A stretch of DNA of 64,000 bases from positions 96,001 to 160,000 of the forward strand of contig JBAXAI010000004.1 in NCBI GenBank assembly GCA_037142615.1, read 5' to 3'. Position numbers and translations under genes: made by a program. The stretch comes from Spirochaetales bacterium (GTDB taxonomy: Bacteria; Spirochaetota; Spirochaetia; JABEVK01). Positions 56,374 through 64,000 of this stretch are shown here, piece by piece; within the stretch, counting starts at the first letter, position 1; each line of letters starts with the position of its first letter. The notes beneath the pieces were generated by a model. The model saw nothing but the letters and a program-made list of their open reading frames with translations. It searched no databases and had not been told where the DNA came from.

Positions 56374-57125
56374 GGGAGATTGGCCCGGTTCAGAGGCCGC
56401 GCGATCGAAAGGCCTTCTTCGCCCAGGGTATCGCGGTACTGACCCGTGATCAGAATCTGCACGGAGTCAACGGTGGCAAACTGCGTGGCCGTCCAAACGA
56501 CCTGCTTCAACTGACCGACCAAGCCCTCATTTCCCAGCGTATTGTGCGCGAAGTCCTCACTAAAGCTCAGAAGCGCAATCTTGTCGTTGAGGCGTACCGA
56601 AAGCAATTTCGTCGTCGAGGGGAGCATAGTCAGCGCGCCCTGTTCCTTTTCCTGCAGCGTAGGCCCCAGCAGCAGGGCCTTGAGTGTCGCTGTAAGCGGG
56701 GTGCTGCCAGCCGGCAGTTCGCGAGCAAACGGCGCTGTTTCCATTCGGCCATCGGGACCCAAACGCGAGAAATAGAGGTGGTAGGTGTTGGGACCTAGCG
56801 TGGTGCCCGGTGGCACCTCCGTCGCACCGGGCGCGATATTCGTCGGTGCGCTATTGCCTGCAACCGGGCTGGCCTCGGAACTTTCGGCAGTATTTTCAAG
56901 GGCGACCGGCTCGGTGTCGGGAATCACGACAGCTTGAGAATCCACTGGTGCTGGGTGGACAACCTGGGGAACCAAGGCGCGCCCCTGCGGATACAGCAGA
57001 GTGGTCAGGCCCGTAGAGTCCATCAGCCTCTCAACCGCCTGGGTATTGGCAAAAAAGACGACCCCGGCCAAAAGAACCAGCGCCAACCAGATTTGGGCCC
57101 ACAAAGGGAGCCGGAACTTGGGCAT
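56370..57125 (-). CDS. GerMN-domain membrane-anchored protein
   Basis: N-terminal TM, Pro/Ala linker, LYF, ALLLGPT..E, QVVWTATQF.TVDSVQILI.G. Confidence 0.82.
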   Translation of the reverse strand: MPKFRLPLWAQIWLALVLLAGVVFFANTQAVERLMDSTGLTTLLYPQGRALVPQVVHPAPVDSQAVVIPDTEPVALENTAESSEASPVAGNSAPTNIAPGATEVPPGTTLGPNTYHLYFSRLGPDGRMETAPFARELPAGSTPLTATLKALLLGPTLQEKEQGALTMLPSTTKLLSVRLNDKIALLSFSEDFAHNTLGNEGLVGQLKQVVWTATQFATVDSVQILITGQYRDTLGEEGLSIARPLNRANLP

Positions 57126-57132
57126 GGTAAGC

Positions 57133-57198
57133 AGTGTATGCGTCCTCCGGGCGCGCTGACAATCCCCCTTTGACCCCGGACGCTGACACCGGTATACT
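57133..57198. promoter_or_regulatory. Back-to-back divergent sigma70 promoters (GerMN gene and ptsI)
   Basis: Minus strand TTGTCA-18-TACACT (57162-57133); plus strand TTGACC-17-TATACT (57170-57198). Confidence 0.75.
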
Positions 57199-57204
57199 GC
57201 TCCC

Positions 57205-58938
57205 ATGAAAGAGTTTCGGGGGATTGCCGCCTCGCCGGGCATCGCCATCGGTCCCGTGCACCTGCACAACGACGACGACCTCACGATTCCCGAAGTGCTG
57301 GTGGCGCAAGAAAATCTCACCGCCGAAATGCAACGCTACCGCGAGGCTGTCCAAAGGGCCGTTGCTGAGTTGGAACGCCTTCGTTCCCGCAATGGTGGCG
57401 GCGTCGATCCCGCTCTGCTCGATTCCCACGTTCTGATGTTGCAGGACCCCGACATGGAGTCCCGAATCGAGAACAAAGTCCTCCAAACCCGCAAAAATGT
57501 CGAATGGGCCCTTCAGGAAGTTGCCGAAGAGCTCATGGCGAAGCTCTCGATGCTGACCGATGCCTACTTCAAAGACCGTGTGCTTGATATCCGCGACATC
57601 TCGCGTCGTATTTTGGGCCAATTGCTCGACAAGGGCGCTCGGGCGACGCTCGAAAACCTCAACACCGCCGTCAACATCGTAACGCCCTCGCTCTTGCCTT
57701 CCGACGCGATTGCGATGCGTCGCCAGTACGTGCTCGGTCTTGCCATGGACCAGGGCGGAAGCACCAACCACACCGCCATCTTGGCCCGCTCTTTTGGCAT
57801 CCCTGCCGTGCTCGGCCTGGGGAAGGTGAGCCGCGAGGTCCACAGCGGCGAACTCATGATCGTCGATGGGAGCGAAGGCGTCGTTATTCTCGATCCAAGT
57901 CCCGAGGTGCTGGCTCACTACGAGCAGCGCAAGGTTGAGTTTGACGAGGCGGCCCGGGTTCTTTCGCAGACTTCGACCGACGAACCTGCCGAAACGACCG
58001 ATGGTCAGCGCCATGGATTGTTGGCCAACATCGAAATCCCCGAGGAAGTCGAGATCGTTTTGGCAAACGGTGCCGATGGCGTGGGCCTGTACCGTTCTGA
58101 GTTCCTGTTCATCCAGCACGGGGTCGAAGTCAGCGAGGACATCCAGACCGAAGCCTACAGTCGAGTACTCATAGGCATGGGCGACCGACCAGTCACCATC
58201 CGCACCATCGACTTGGGCGGCGACAAACTGGTGCCTGGCTTCTTTTCGGTTCAGGAAGAAAACCCGCTGCTCGGTTGGCGTGCCATCCGCTTCAGCTTGA
58301 GCCTGCGCAACGTCTTCTTGACGCAGTTGAGGGCTTTGTTGCGGGCCTCGGTCCATGGTGACCTTCGCATCATGTTCCCCATGATTTCGGGCGTGGAAGA
58401 GCTGGAAGAGGCCCTTTCGTGCTTGGAACAGGCCAAGGGCCAACTGCGCGACGCCGGGGTCGCTTTTTCCGAGGACATTCCCGTCGGGACGATGATCGAA
58501 GTGCCTTCGGCGGCCATGATCAGCGACCATCTGGCCAAGATGGTTGACTTCTTTTCGCTGGGTACCAACGACCTGATCCAGTACAGCTTGGCGGTGGACC
58601 GGGGCAACGAACGCATCAACCACCTGTACCAGCCCTTCCATCCCGGTGTGCTTCGCCTGATCCGTTTGGTGATCCAGAATGCCCACGCTGCCGGAATTCC
58701 GGTGGCCATGTGCGGTGAAATGGCCGGTGATCCCCGGATGGCCCTGTTGCTGGTGGGCTTGGGGCTCGACGAGTTCAGCATGAACGCTCTGGGTTTGCCC
58801 GCAGTCAAGCAGGTGATCCGGTCGGTGTCGGCCAACGAAGCCAGGCACCTGGTCGACCAGATTTTGCCGATGTCCCGCAGTTCTGAAATTGAAGAAATGA
58901 TCTCAGCTTACGCCAAGGGAAGGTTTTCCACCAATTGA
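57205..58938 (+). CDS. ptsI: PTS enzyme I (PEP-protein phosphotransferase)
   Basis: GIAASPGIAIG, GGSTNHTAILAR (phospho-His), GLYRSEF, EENPLLGWRAIR, GTNDLIQY, MCGEMAG. Confidence 0.97.
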   Translation: MKEFRGIAASPGIAIGPVHLHNDDDLTIPEVLVAQENLTAEMQRYREAVQRAVAELERLRSRNGGGVDPALLDSHVLMLQDPDMESRIENKVLQTRKNVEWALQEVAEELMAKLSMLTDAYFKDRVLDIRDISRRILGQLLDKGARATLENLNTAVNIVTPSLLPSDAIAMRRQYVLGLAMDQGGSTNHTAILARSFGIPAVLGLGKVSREVHSGELMIVDGSEGVVILDPSPEVLAHYEQRKVEFDEAARVLSQTSTDEPAETTDGQRHGLLANIEIPEEVEIVLANGADGVGLYRSEFLFIQHGVEVSEDIQTEAYSRVLIGMGDRPVTIRTIDLGGDKLVPGFFSVQEENPLLGWRAIRFSLSLRNVFLTQLRALLRASVHGDLRIMFPMISGVEELEEALSCLEQAKGQLRDAGVAFSEDIPVGTMIEVPSAAMISDHLAKMVDFFSLGTNDLIQYSLAVDRGNERINHLYQPFHPGVLRLIRLVIQNAHAAGIPVAMCGEMAGDPRMALLLVGLGLDEFSMNALGLPAVKQVIRSVSANEARHLVDQILPMSRSSEIEEMISAYAKGRFSTN

Positions 58939-60260
58939 CCAATACCGAGAAAATGCCAAAGGTCGCCCTTGTCGGGCGCCCCAATGTCGGGAAATCCACC
59001 CTGTTCAACCGGCTGCTGCGCAGTCACAAGGCCATCACCGATCCCACGCCCGGCGTGACGCGAGACCCCATCGAAACCGAATGGGAACTGAACGGCAAGC
59101 CCTGCCTCCTGGTCGACACCGGCGGCTACAAGACCGAGGGCAACGAACTGGACCATCAGGTGACAGCCCGCAGCGTCGCCAAGGCGACCGAGGCCGATCT
59201 GATCTTGCTGGTGCTCGACATCACCGACCTGACGCCCGAAGACGAGGAGTTCATTCGCCTGCTCAGGCCGATGGCTGACCGGCTGATTGTCGTGCTCAAC
59301 AAGGCCGACACCATCGAAAAGGAAGTTCTGGCCGGCGAGTTCTTTTCGCTGGGGTTTCGCGACTACCAGTGCGTCAGCGCTGCGCACAACCGCAAGGTCG
59401 ACGACCTGGAAGAACTCATCGAGAGCCGGCTGACGTTTCACGACGGGGTTGTTCACCCGCCGGTTCCCGACATCCGCCTGGCCATTCTGGGCAAGCCCAA
59501 CGCCGGCAAGTCGACGCTGGTGAACCGGCTGACCGGGCAGGACCTATCGCTCGTGTCGCCCGTCGCCGGCACCACACGCGACCCTGTGGAAGGCCGCTTC
59601 GAGTACAAAGGCAGCATGTTCCGCGTGCTCGACACCGCTGGAATCCGCCGCAAGGGCAAGGTGAGCGAGAACGTCGAGTATTACTCGGTGAACCGGGCCT
59701 TCAAGACCATCGAAGACAGCGATGTCGTCATCCTTGTGCTCGACGCCGTGGAGGGCCTGACCGACCAGGAAAAGAAGATCGCCTACCAGATCGTCAAGGA
59801 AGGCCGCGGGGTTATCCTGGCGCTCAACAAATGGGACCTGTTGCCCAAGGTCAAGAACCAGTTGGAGGCCTACACCGACCGGGTGCGGTTCCTGTTCCCT
59901 GTGCTCGACTTTGCGCCCGTGGTGCCGATTTCGGCTCAGGAGGGCACCAACATCCCCGAGTTGCTTTCGACGGCTCTCAAAGTGAACCGCCAGCTGCACC
60001 AGCGCATCGACACCCACAAGCTCAACGAGATGCTCAAAATCTGGATGGACGACATGCCGACCAACCAAATCAAGGGCGTGGTGTATAAAATCCGGTATCT
60101 GACGCAGGTGAGCACGTTGCCGCTCAAGTTTGTGGCGTTTGGCAACCACGGCAAAGACACCCCGAGCTCGCTCACCGAGTACCTGGTCAACCGCATCCGC
60201 AAAGACCTGGGCTTTCCCGACGTGCCCATCGAACTCGAGGTCAAGGGCGGCAAAGAATGA
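58935..60260 (+). CDS. der: Ribosome biogenesis GTPase Der (EngA)
   Basis: Two G domains (GRPNVGKS and GKPNAGKS; DTGG and DTAG; NKAD and NKWD) plus KH-like C-terminus; start TTG 58935 or ATG 58953. Confidence 0.97.
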   Translation: MTNTEKMPKVALVGRPNVGKSTLFNRLLRSHKAITDPTPGVTRDPIETEWELNGKPCLLVDTGGYKTEGNELDHQVTARSVAKATEADLILLVLDITDLTPEDEEFIRLLRPMADRLIVVLNKADTIEKEVLAGEFFSLGFRDYQCVSAAHNRKVDDLEELIESRLTFHDGVVHPPVPDIRLAILGKPNAGKSTLVNRLTGQDLSLVSPVAGTTRDPVEGRFEYKGSMFRVLDTAGIRRKGKVSENVEYYSVNRAFKTIEDSDVVILVLDAVEGLTDQEKKIAYQIVKEGRGVILALNKWDLLPKVKNQLEAYTDRVRFLFPVLDFAPVVPISAQEGTNIPELLSTALKVNRQLHQRIDTHKLNEMLKIWMDDMPTNQIKGVVYKIRYLTQVSTLPLKFVAFGNHGKDTPSSLTEYLVNRIRKDLGFPDVPIELEVKGGKE

Positions 60261-61654
60261 AGAGGGCGGGCGCTCGGGCCTTCGCGCTGGCCGTTGCGCT
60301 GCTGGCGGTGTTTCCGCTGGGAGCTTCCGGCTGGGCTGGTGGCCAGGACGAGCAGGCCGTGCCACCGAGCGCGCAGGCCCGCCAGTCCGAGGCCTCGCTC
60401 AGACTCCTGATCAAGACCCCAGTCGAGAAACTCAAGGCCCAGGAACTCACCCTCGAGCAGGACGGGACACCCGTCAAGCTGAGTCTACGTCTGGCGGTCA
60501 AAGGCACCCTCGACGCCCAGCTGTGGGAATACCGCTACGAGCCTGGTCAACCTTGGGGACCTGGCACCTGGGTGGTGTTTCGCGACGGGCTGGGCCGACT
60601 CCGGGAAGTCCGCATCGTGGTGCTGGGCCAAACGGCGGCGACGGACCACCGGGTAGACAGTACCGGCACCTGGGTCCGTTTGAGCCCGGTCAAGGACGGC
60701 CGACGCACGCGCTTGGACCTTTTTTTAGCGGGGCGGTTGGTGACAGGCGGCTGGGAAGTCACCGGCCAGCTGCAAGACCTTGTTCAGTCCGACGATGACT
60801 GGGTTTTTCAGCAGACGGCAAACCAGATTGACTGGGGAGCCCTGTTGCCATTGGCGCGTACGGAAGACGCCCGCGTCGAAAGCCTTCAGAAGACCCTTCA
60901 CAAGACGCTGTCGACGATTCCGGTTGTCAAAGCTGGGCTTTGGCTCGAGGCCCCGCAGAGCCGTGTCGATGGGACCGACGACACCGGCGCTCCCCTTGGC
61001 CACTGGGGCTTGGTCCCCGGTCAGGAAGGCGAAGCTCAACGCGGTCTGGGCTCCTGGGGCGTGGTGCACTGGTTGACGACGGCCGTGCTGCGGGGTTGGA
61101 AGGCTCCGGTGCCCGACCTCAAGAGCCTGCTTGTCGGCCGCAGCAACCTTCCCGGGTACTCGCAGGCGCTGGTTCCGGGCGACCTGACCACCGACCCCGC
61201 TTTCAGCCTCGACTGGATCCGCAACTTGGGCCTGGCCGTGTTTCAGGCGCGCTACCCCTCGAGGCCCGTATCGGATACCGGTGCCGACTTAACAGAGGTG
61301 CCTTATCTGGATAGCCAAGACAAAACCGGCTTTGCCGTTGACGATTTTGCACCGTTGATGCACCTGCTGGCCACCACCAAACCCGGCAAGGCCTACCTGG
61401 CAACCCTCAGTTCGCAGAGTGCCGTGGGCGGTGCGGCCTCCGCGGTCCACTTCCGGGAACCTTCGGTGGTGCTTCCTTGGGTAGGCAACGACGGCGATGT
61501 GAGGGTTTCGATCTATCAGGGCCCACGCGAGCTTACCCGCGAGCAGTGGCTCGCTACGGCCAAAGCCGAGGCCGGAGCACGGCCCGACCACGTGATTCTA
61601 GTCGAGTTGCCCCTGCCGGCGAGTGTTCCGTTGCCGGTGTTGCCACTCCGGTAG
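60257..61654 (+). CDS. Hypothetical secreted/periplasmic protein
   Basis: 465-aa ORF with signal peptide (MKRAGARAFALAVALLAVFPLGA); ATGA overlap with der. Confidence 0.75.
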   Translation: MKRAGARAFALAVALLAVFPLGASGWAGGQDEQAVPPSAQARQSEASLRLLIKTPVEKLKAQELTLEQDGTPVKLSLRLAVKGTLDAQLWEYRYEPGQPWGPGTWVVFRDGLGRLREVRIVVLGQTAATDHRVDSTGTWVRLSPVKDGRRTRLDLFLAGRLVTGGWEVTGQLQDLVQSDDDWVFQQTANQIDWGALLPLARTEDARVESLQKTLHKTLSTIPVVKAGLWLEAPQSRVDGTDDTGAPLGHWGLVPGQEGEAQRGLGSWGVVHWLTTAVLRGWKAPVPDLKSLLVGRSNLPGYSQALVPGDLTTDPAFSLDWIRNLGLAVFQARYPSRPVSDTGADLTEVPYLDSQDKTGFAVDDFAPLMHLLATTKPGKAYLATLSSQSAVGGAASAVHFREPSVVLPWVGNDGDVRVSIYQGPRELTREQWLATAKAEAGARPDHVILVELPLPASVPLPVLPLR

Positions 61655-61660
61655 TCTCGG

Positions 61661-62860
61661 CTAGCTGCCTTGCTGGGCACGAAGTGCGGCGTCCAGACGT
61701 CGTAGTCCTTCGCCCAGGATCGTCGTTGGGGTCGCCAGGTTGAACCGCAGATGGTGGCTTCCTCCCGTTCCGAAAATGCTTCCCGCCGACAGTTTGACCC
61801 GGCCCGTGTCTTCCAGGAACTTGGCCAAGTCGCGATCGTCGCCGAACCCCAAAGCCGCGATCACGGGTGAAAAGTCCACCCATGCCAGATAGGTCGCCTC
61901 GAGCGGAACGGCTTTCAGGTTCCAAGTGGCAAGAAACTCCTGCAAGAGTCTGAAATTGTTCTGGATGACGGTTTTGAGCTCGTCGAGCCACGGTCCGGCT
62001 TCCTGATACGCGGCGAGCGCAGCCGTCAGGGAAAGTACGTTGGGCTGCTCGAAGAAATCCGTCTCGAAGGCGCGTTTCATGCGGGACCGCAGCGCGGGAT
62101 CGCGGGCGATCACGTGGCTCAGGGGGAGTCCCGCGAGGCTGAAGGTCTTGTTGGGTCCGGCAAACACAAGCGACCGGCCCGCGAGCTCGGGCAGGTCGGC
62201 CACGCTCACCTGCGGTTGGCCGGGGGCAACCAGATCGGCGTGGATCTCATCGCTCAGAATGAAAAAGTCATACCGGGTGGCCAACGTTGCCAACCGCTCG
62301 AGTTCGCTCCGCGTCCACGCACGACCGGTCGGGTTGTGGGGGTTGCTCAACAGGAGTGCTTTGACGGGCTTCGAATCTTTGGCCGCTTGTGCAAGTGCGC
62401 CCTCAAGACCTGCGAAGTCGAATCCCCAACGCAGACCTTCGTGCGCGAGAGGCACTTCCAGCCCGACCCGGCCGTTCAAAGCCACCATCTTGAAAAAGGG
62501 GTAGTAGACCGGTGGCAGATTCAGGACAACGTCGCCAGGTGCCGTGAAGAGCCTCATCGCGGTGCTCATGGCCTGCAACACCGAAGGGGCGAGCAGCCAC
62601 TCGCTCTCGCTGATCGAGCGCTGGTACCGACCGGCGTGCCAGGCCTGTACCGCGGCAAAGTAGGCCGCAGGCAAGTTGGTATAGCCAAACACCGGATGGG
62701 CCACCCGCTCGCTCAGTGCCTTGGCGATCGGCGGTGCAACCGGAAAGTCCATGTCGGCGACCCAGAGTGGAACCACTTGGGGGATTCCAGGTGAGGTGTT
62801 GTCCCACTTCAGCGAGTTCGTTCCGCTGCGGTCCAAAACTGTGTCGAAGTCATGAGGCAT
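61661..62860 (-). CDS. patB: MalY/PatB-family PLP-dependent C-S lyase (cystathionine beta-lyase-like)
   Basis: SLKWD, LWVADMDF, SNPHNPTGR, SDEIHADL, NKTF.LAG, ATYLAW.D. Confidence 0.9.
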   Translation of the reverse strand: MPHDFDTVLDRSGTNSLKWDNTSPGIPQVVPLWVADMDFPVAPPIAKALSERVAHPVFGYTNLPAAYFAAVQAWHAGRYQRSISESEWLLAPSVLQAMSTAMRLFTAPGDVVLNLPPVYYPFFKMVALNGRVGLEVPLAHEGLRWGFDFAGLEGALAQAAKDSKPVKALLLSNPHNPTGRAWTRSELERLATLATRYDFFILSDEIHADLVAPGQPQVSVADLPELAGRSLVFAGPNKTFSLAGLPLSHVIARDPALRSRMKRAFETDFFEQPNVLSLTAALAAYQEAGPWLDELKTVIQNNFRLLQEFLATWNLKAVPLEATYLAWVDFSPVIAALGFGDDRDLAKFLEDTGRVKLSAGSIFGTGGSHHLRFNLATPTTILGEGLRRLDAALRAQQGS

Positions 62861-62875
62861 GAAGGGCTCCTTGGT

Positions 62876-63352
62876 TCAAAGTCGGGGAGGGAAGGCGAGC
62901 AAAAGAAGGCCTCGCTTGGCGTCGTAACGGGGATCGCGGGAACCCCACGCGAAGGCCGGCGCGCTGCGCACCAACTGCCACGAGTCGCTGGCAGCCCAAA
63001 GTTCCTGCAGTACGGCCATTGCCCGGCGTGACTCGCTTCCCACCAGGGGCAAGGGGACAACGTACAAACGGTGCAACACTCTGGGTTCGTCGGTGGGGGG
63101 CAAACGGAACTCGGCTACCCACAGGCCACCAGGAGTCGCCACCGGTTGTACCCGTTGACCAGATTCGGAGTCGACCAGTTCGAACAGAGGTGTCAGCTGA
63201 AACGCCGGGCCGTTGAGCACGGCGCGAGGGTCTTTGTCGAGCTTTCGCTGCGAGGCGACGGGGTCGAGTTCTACCCTGACGGTCAGGCTGTCGGCGACTT
63301 CGGCAGCCAAAGGGAGTACCAAAAAAACACCGAGGAGGGCCAGCCAGCGCAT
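62876..63352 (-). CDS. Hypothetical secreted protein
   Basis: 158-aa ORF with signal peptide MRWLALLGVFLVLPLAA; promoter TTGACC-18-TACTCT 6 nt upstream of the ATG. Confidence 0.65.
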   Translation of the reverse strand: MRWLALLGVFLVLPLAAEVADSLTVRVELDPVASQRKLDKDPRAVLNGPAFQLTPLFELVDSESGQRVQPVATPGGLWVAEFRLPPTDEPRVLHRLYVVPLPLVGSESRRAMAVLQELWAASDSWQLVRSAPAFAWGSRDPRYDAKRGLLLLAFPPRL

Positions 63353-63452
63353 GGGTCCAGAGTAGTCTTCTCTCCCTCAGGGGGTCAATGCTCCTTTTCT
63401 GGCCTTTCGTGAGCAACAAAGTGTCCTATAATAAGGGCGAGGAGATTCTTCC

Positions 63453-64000
63453 ATGCAAAAAGTTCTGATCGCGACCTTGGTGTTGCTGACCACCCTTGGC
63501 CTCTGCCTTCCGGTGGCGGCCCAAGTGAAAGACCTTCCCTGGAAAATGGCCGTTGTGCAGACCGACGGCGGCAAACAGGTTTCGTTGCCTTTCAGCCGTC
63601 CGTTGACTTTCAAAGATGGCAATCACTTCTTTCTGGTCATCATTCCCGGAGCCGCCGGATTTTTGGACGTGTTGTACGAAGACGTGAACGGTCAGGTGGC
63701 TGTGCTCTATCAGGCAGCAGCCAAAGACGGAGCGCCGGTGATCCTCCCTAGCGAAACCGAAGCCTTTGAAGTGACCCCGCCCGATGGCACCGAAAAGCTG
63801 CACGTGATCTTCAGCGGCAAGGCGGTCAGCAGCCTGCAGTCCCTCTACAAGAATCTGCCCAACACTTCGGGCAAATTGCTCGATGCCTTGGCCGCGTACA
63901 AAACGTCGCTTTCGAGCCTCGCTGAAGCGCCCGAAAAGCCTGCGCCGATGGGGGGCACCCACCGGGGTCTGCTCGACGCCACCATGACTGAGTTCCGAGG
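63453..64000 (+). CDS. Hypothetical secreted protein, possibly DUF4384-like; runs off the window edge
   Basis: Read manually: TATAAT (63427-32), GAGGAG SD, MQKVLIATLVLLTTLGLCLPVAA..., LPS...F.VTPPDGTEKLHVIFS; open to the window end. Confidence 0.65.
   Translation, partial: MQKVLIATLVLLTTLGLCLPVAAQVKDLPWKMAVVQTDGGKQVSLPFSRPLTFKDGNHFFLVIIPGAAGFLDVLYEDVNGQVAVLYQAAAKDGAPVILPSETEAFEVTPPDGTEKLHVIFSGKAVSSLQSLYKNLPNTSGKLLDALAAYKTSLSSLAEAPEKPAPMGGTHRGLLDATMTEFR

Overview
Core-genome window from a GC-rich bacterium, very probably a free-living spirochaete. The evidence is the gene order (rpsL-rpsG then tuf-rpsJ without fusA; secY-rpmJ-rpsM-rpsK-rpoA-rplQ without adk/map/infA/rpsD) and Asn at the RpoB Ser531-equivalent position. 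Left part: a Lol-like ABC system, grpE-dnaK-dnaJ, a diguanylate cyclase, an atypical NtrC-like regulator, rlpA, acnA, an MCP-msrC pair, T-box-regulated thrS, a hybrid kinase with a REC-MBL hydrolase, a YegD-like Hsp70 and tpx. Middle: tRNA-Thr, tRNA-Trp and the full secE-nusG-rplKAJL-rpoBC-str-S10-spc-alpha superoperon. Right part: a large acidic-repeat membrane protein, rny-ymdB-tlyA, a GerMN protein, ptsI-der, patB and hypothetical genes. I see no mobile element, prophage or CRISPR array. The most notable signals are non-coding: a ~350-nt tetraloop-rich structured element between rpsG and tuf, other structured spacers in the superoperon, a translational (SD-sequestering) T-box, and about seven genes that appear to be leaderless. 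All structures and promoters were read by eye and need computational confirmation.
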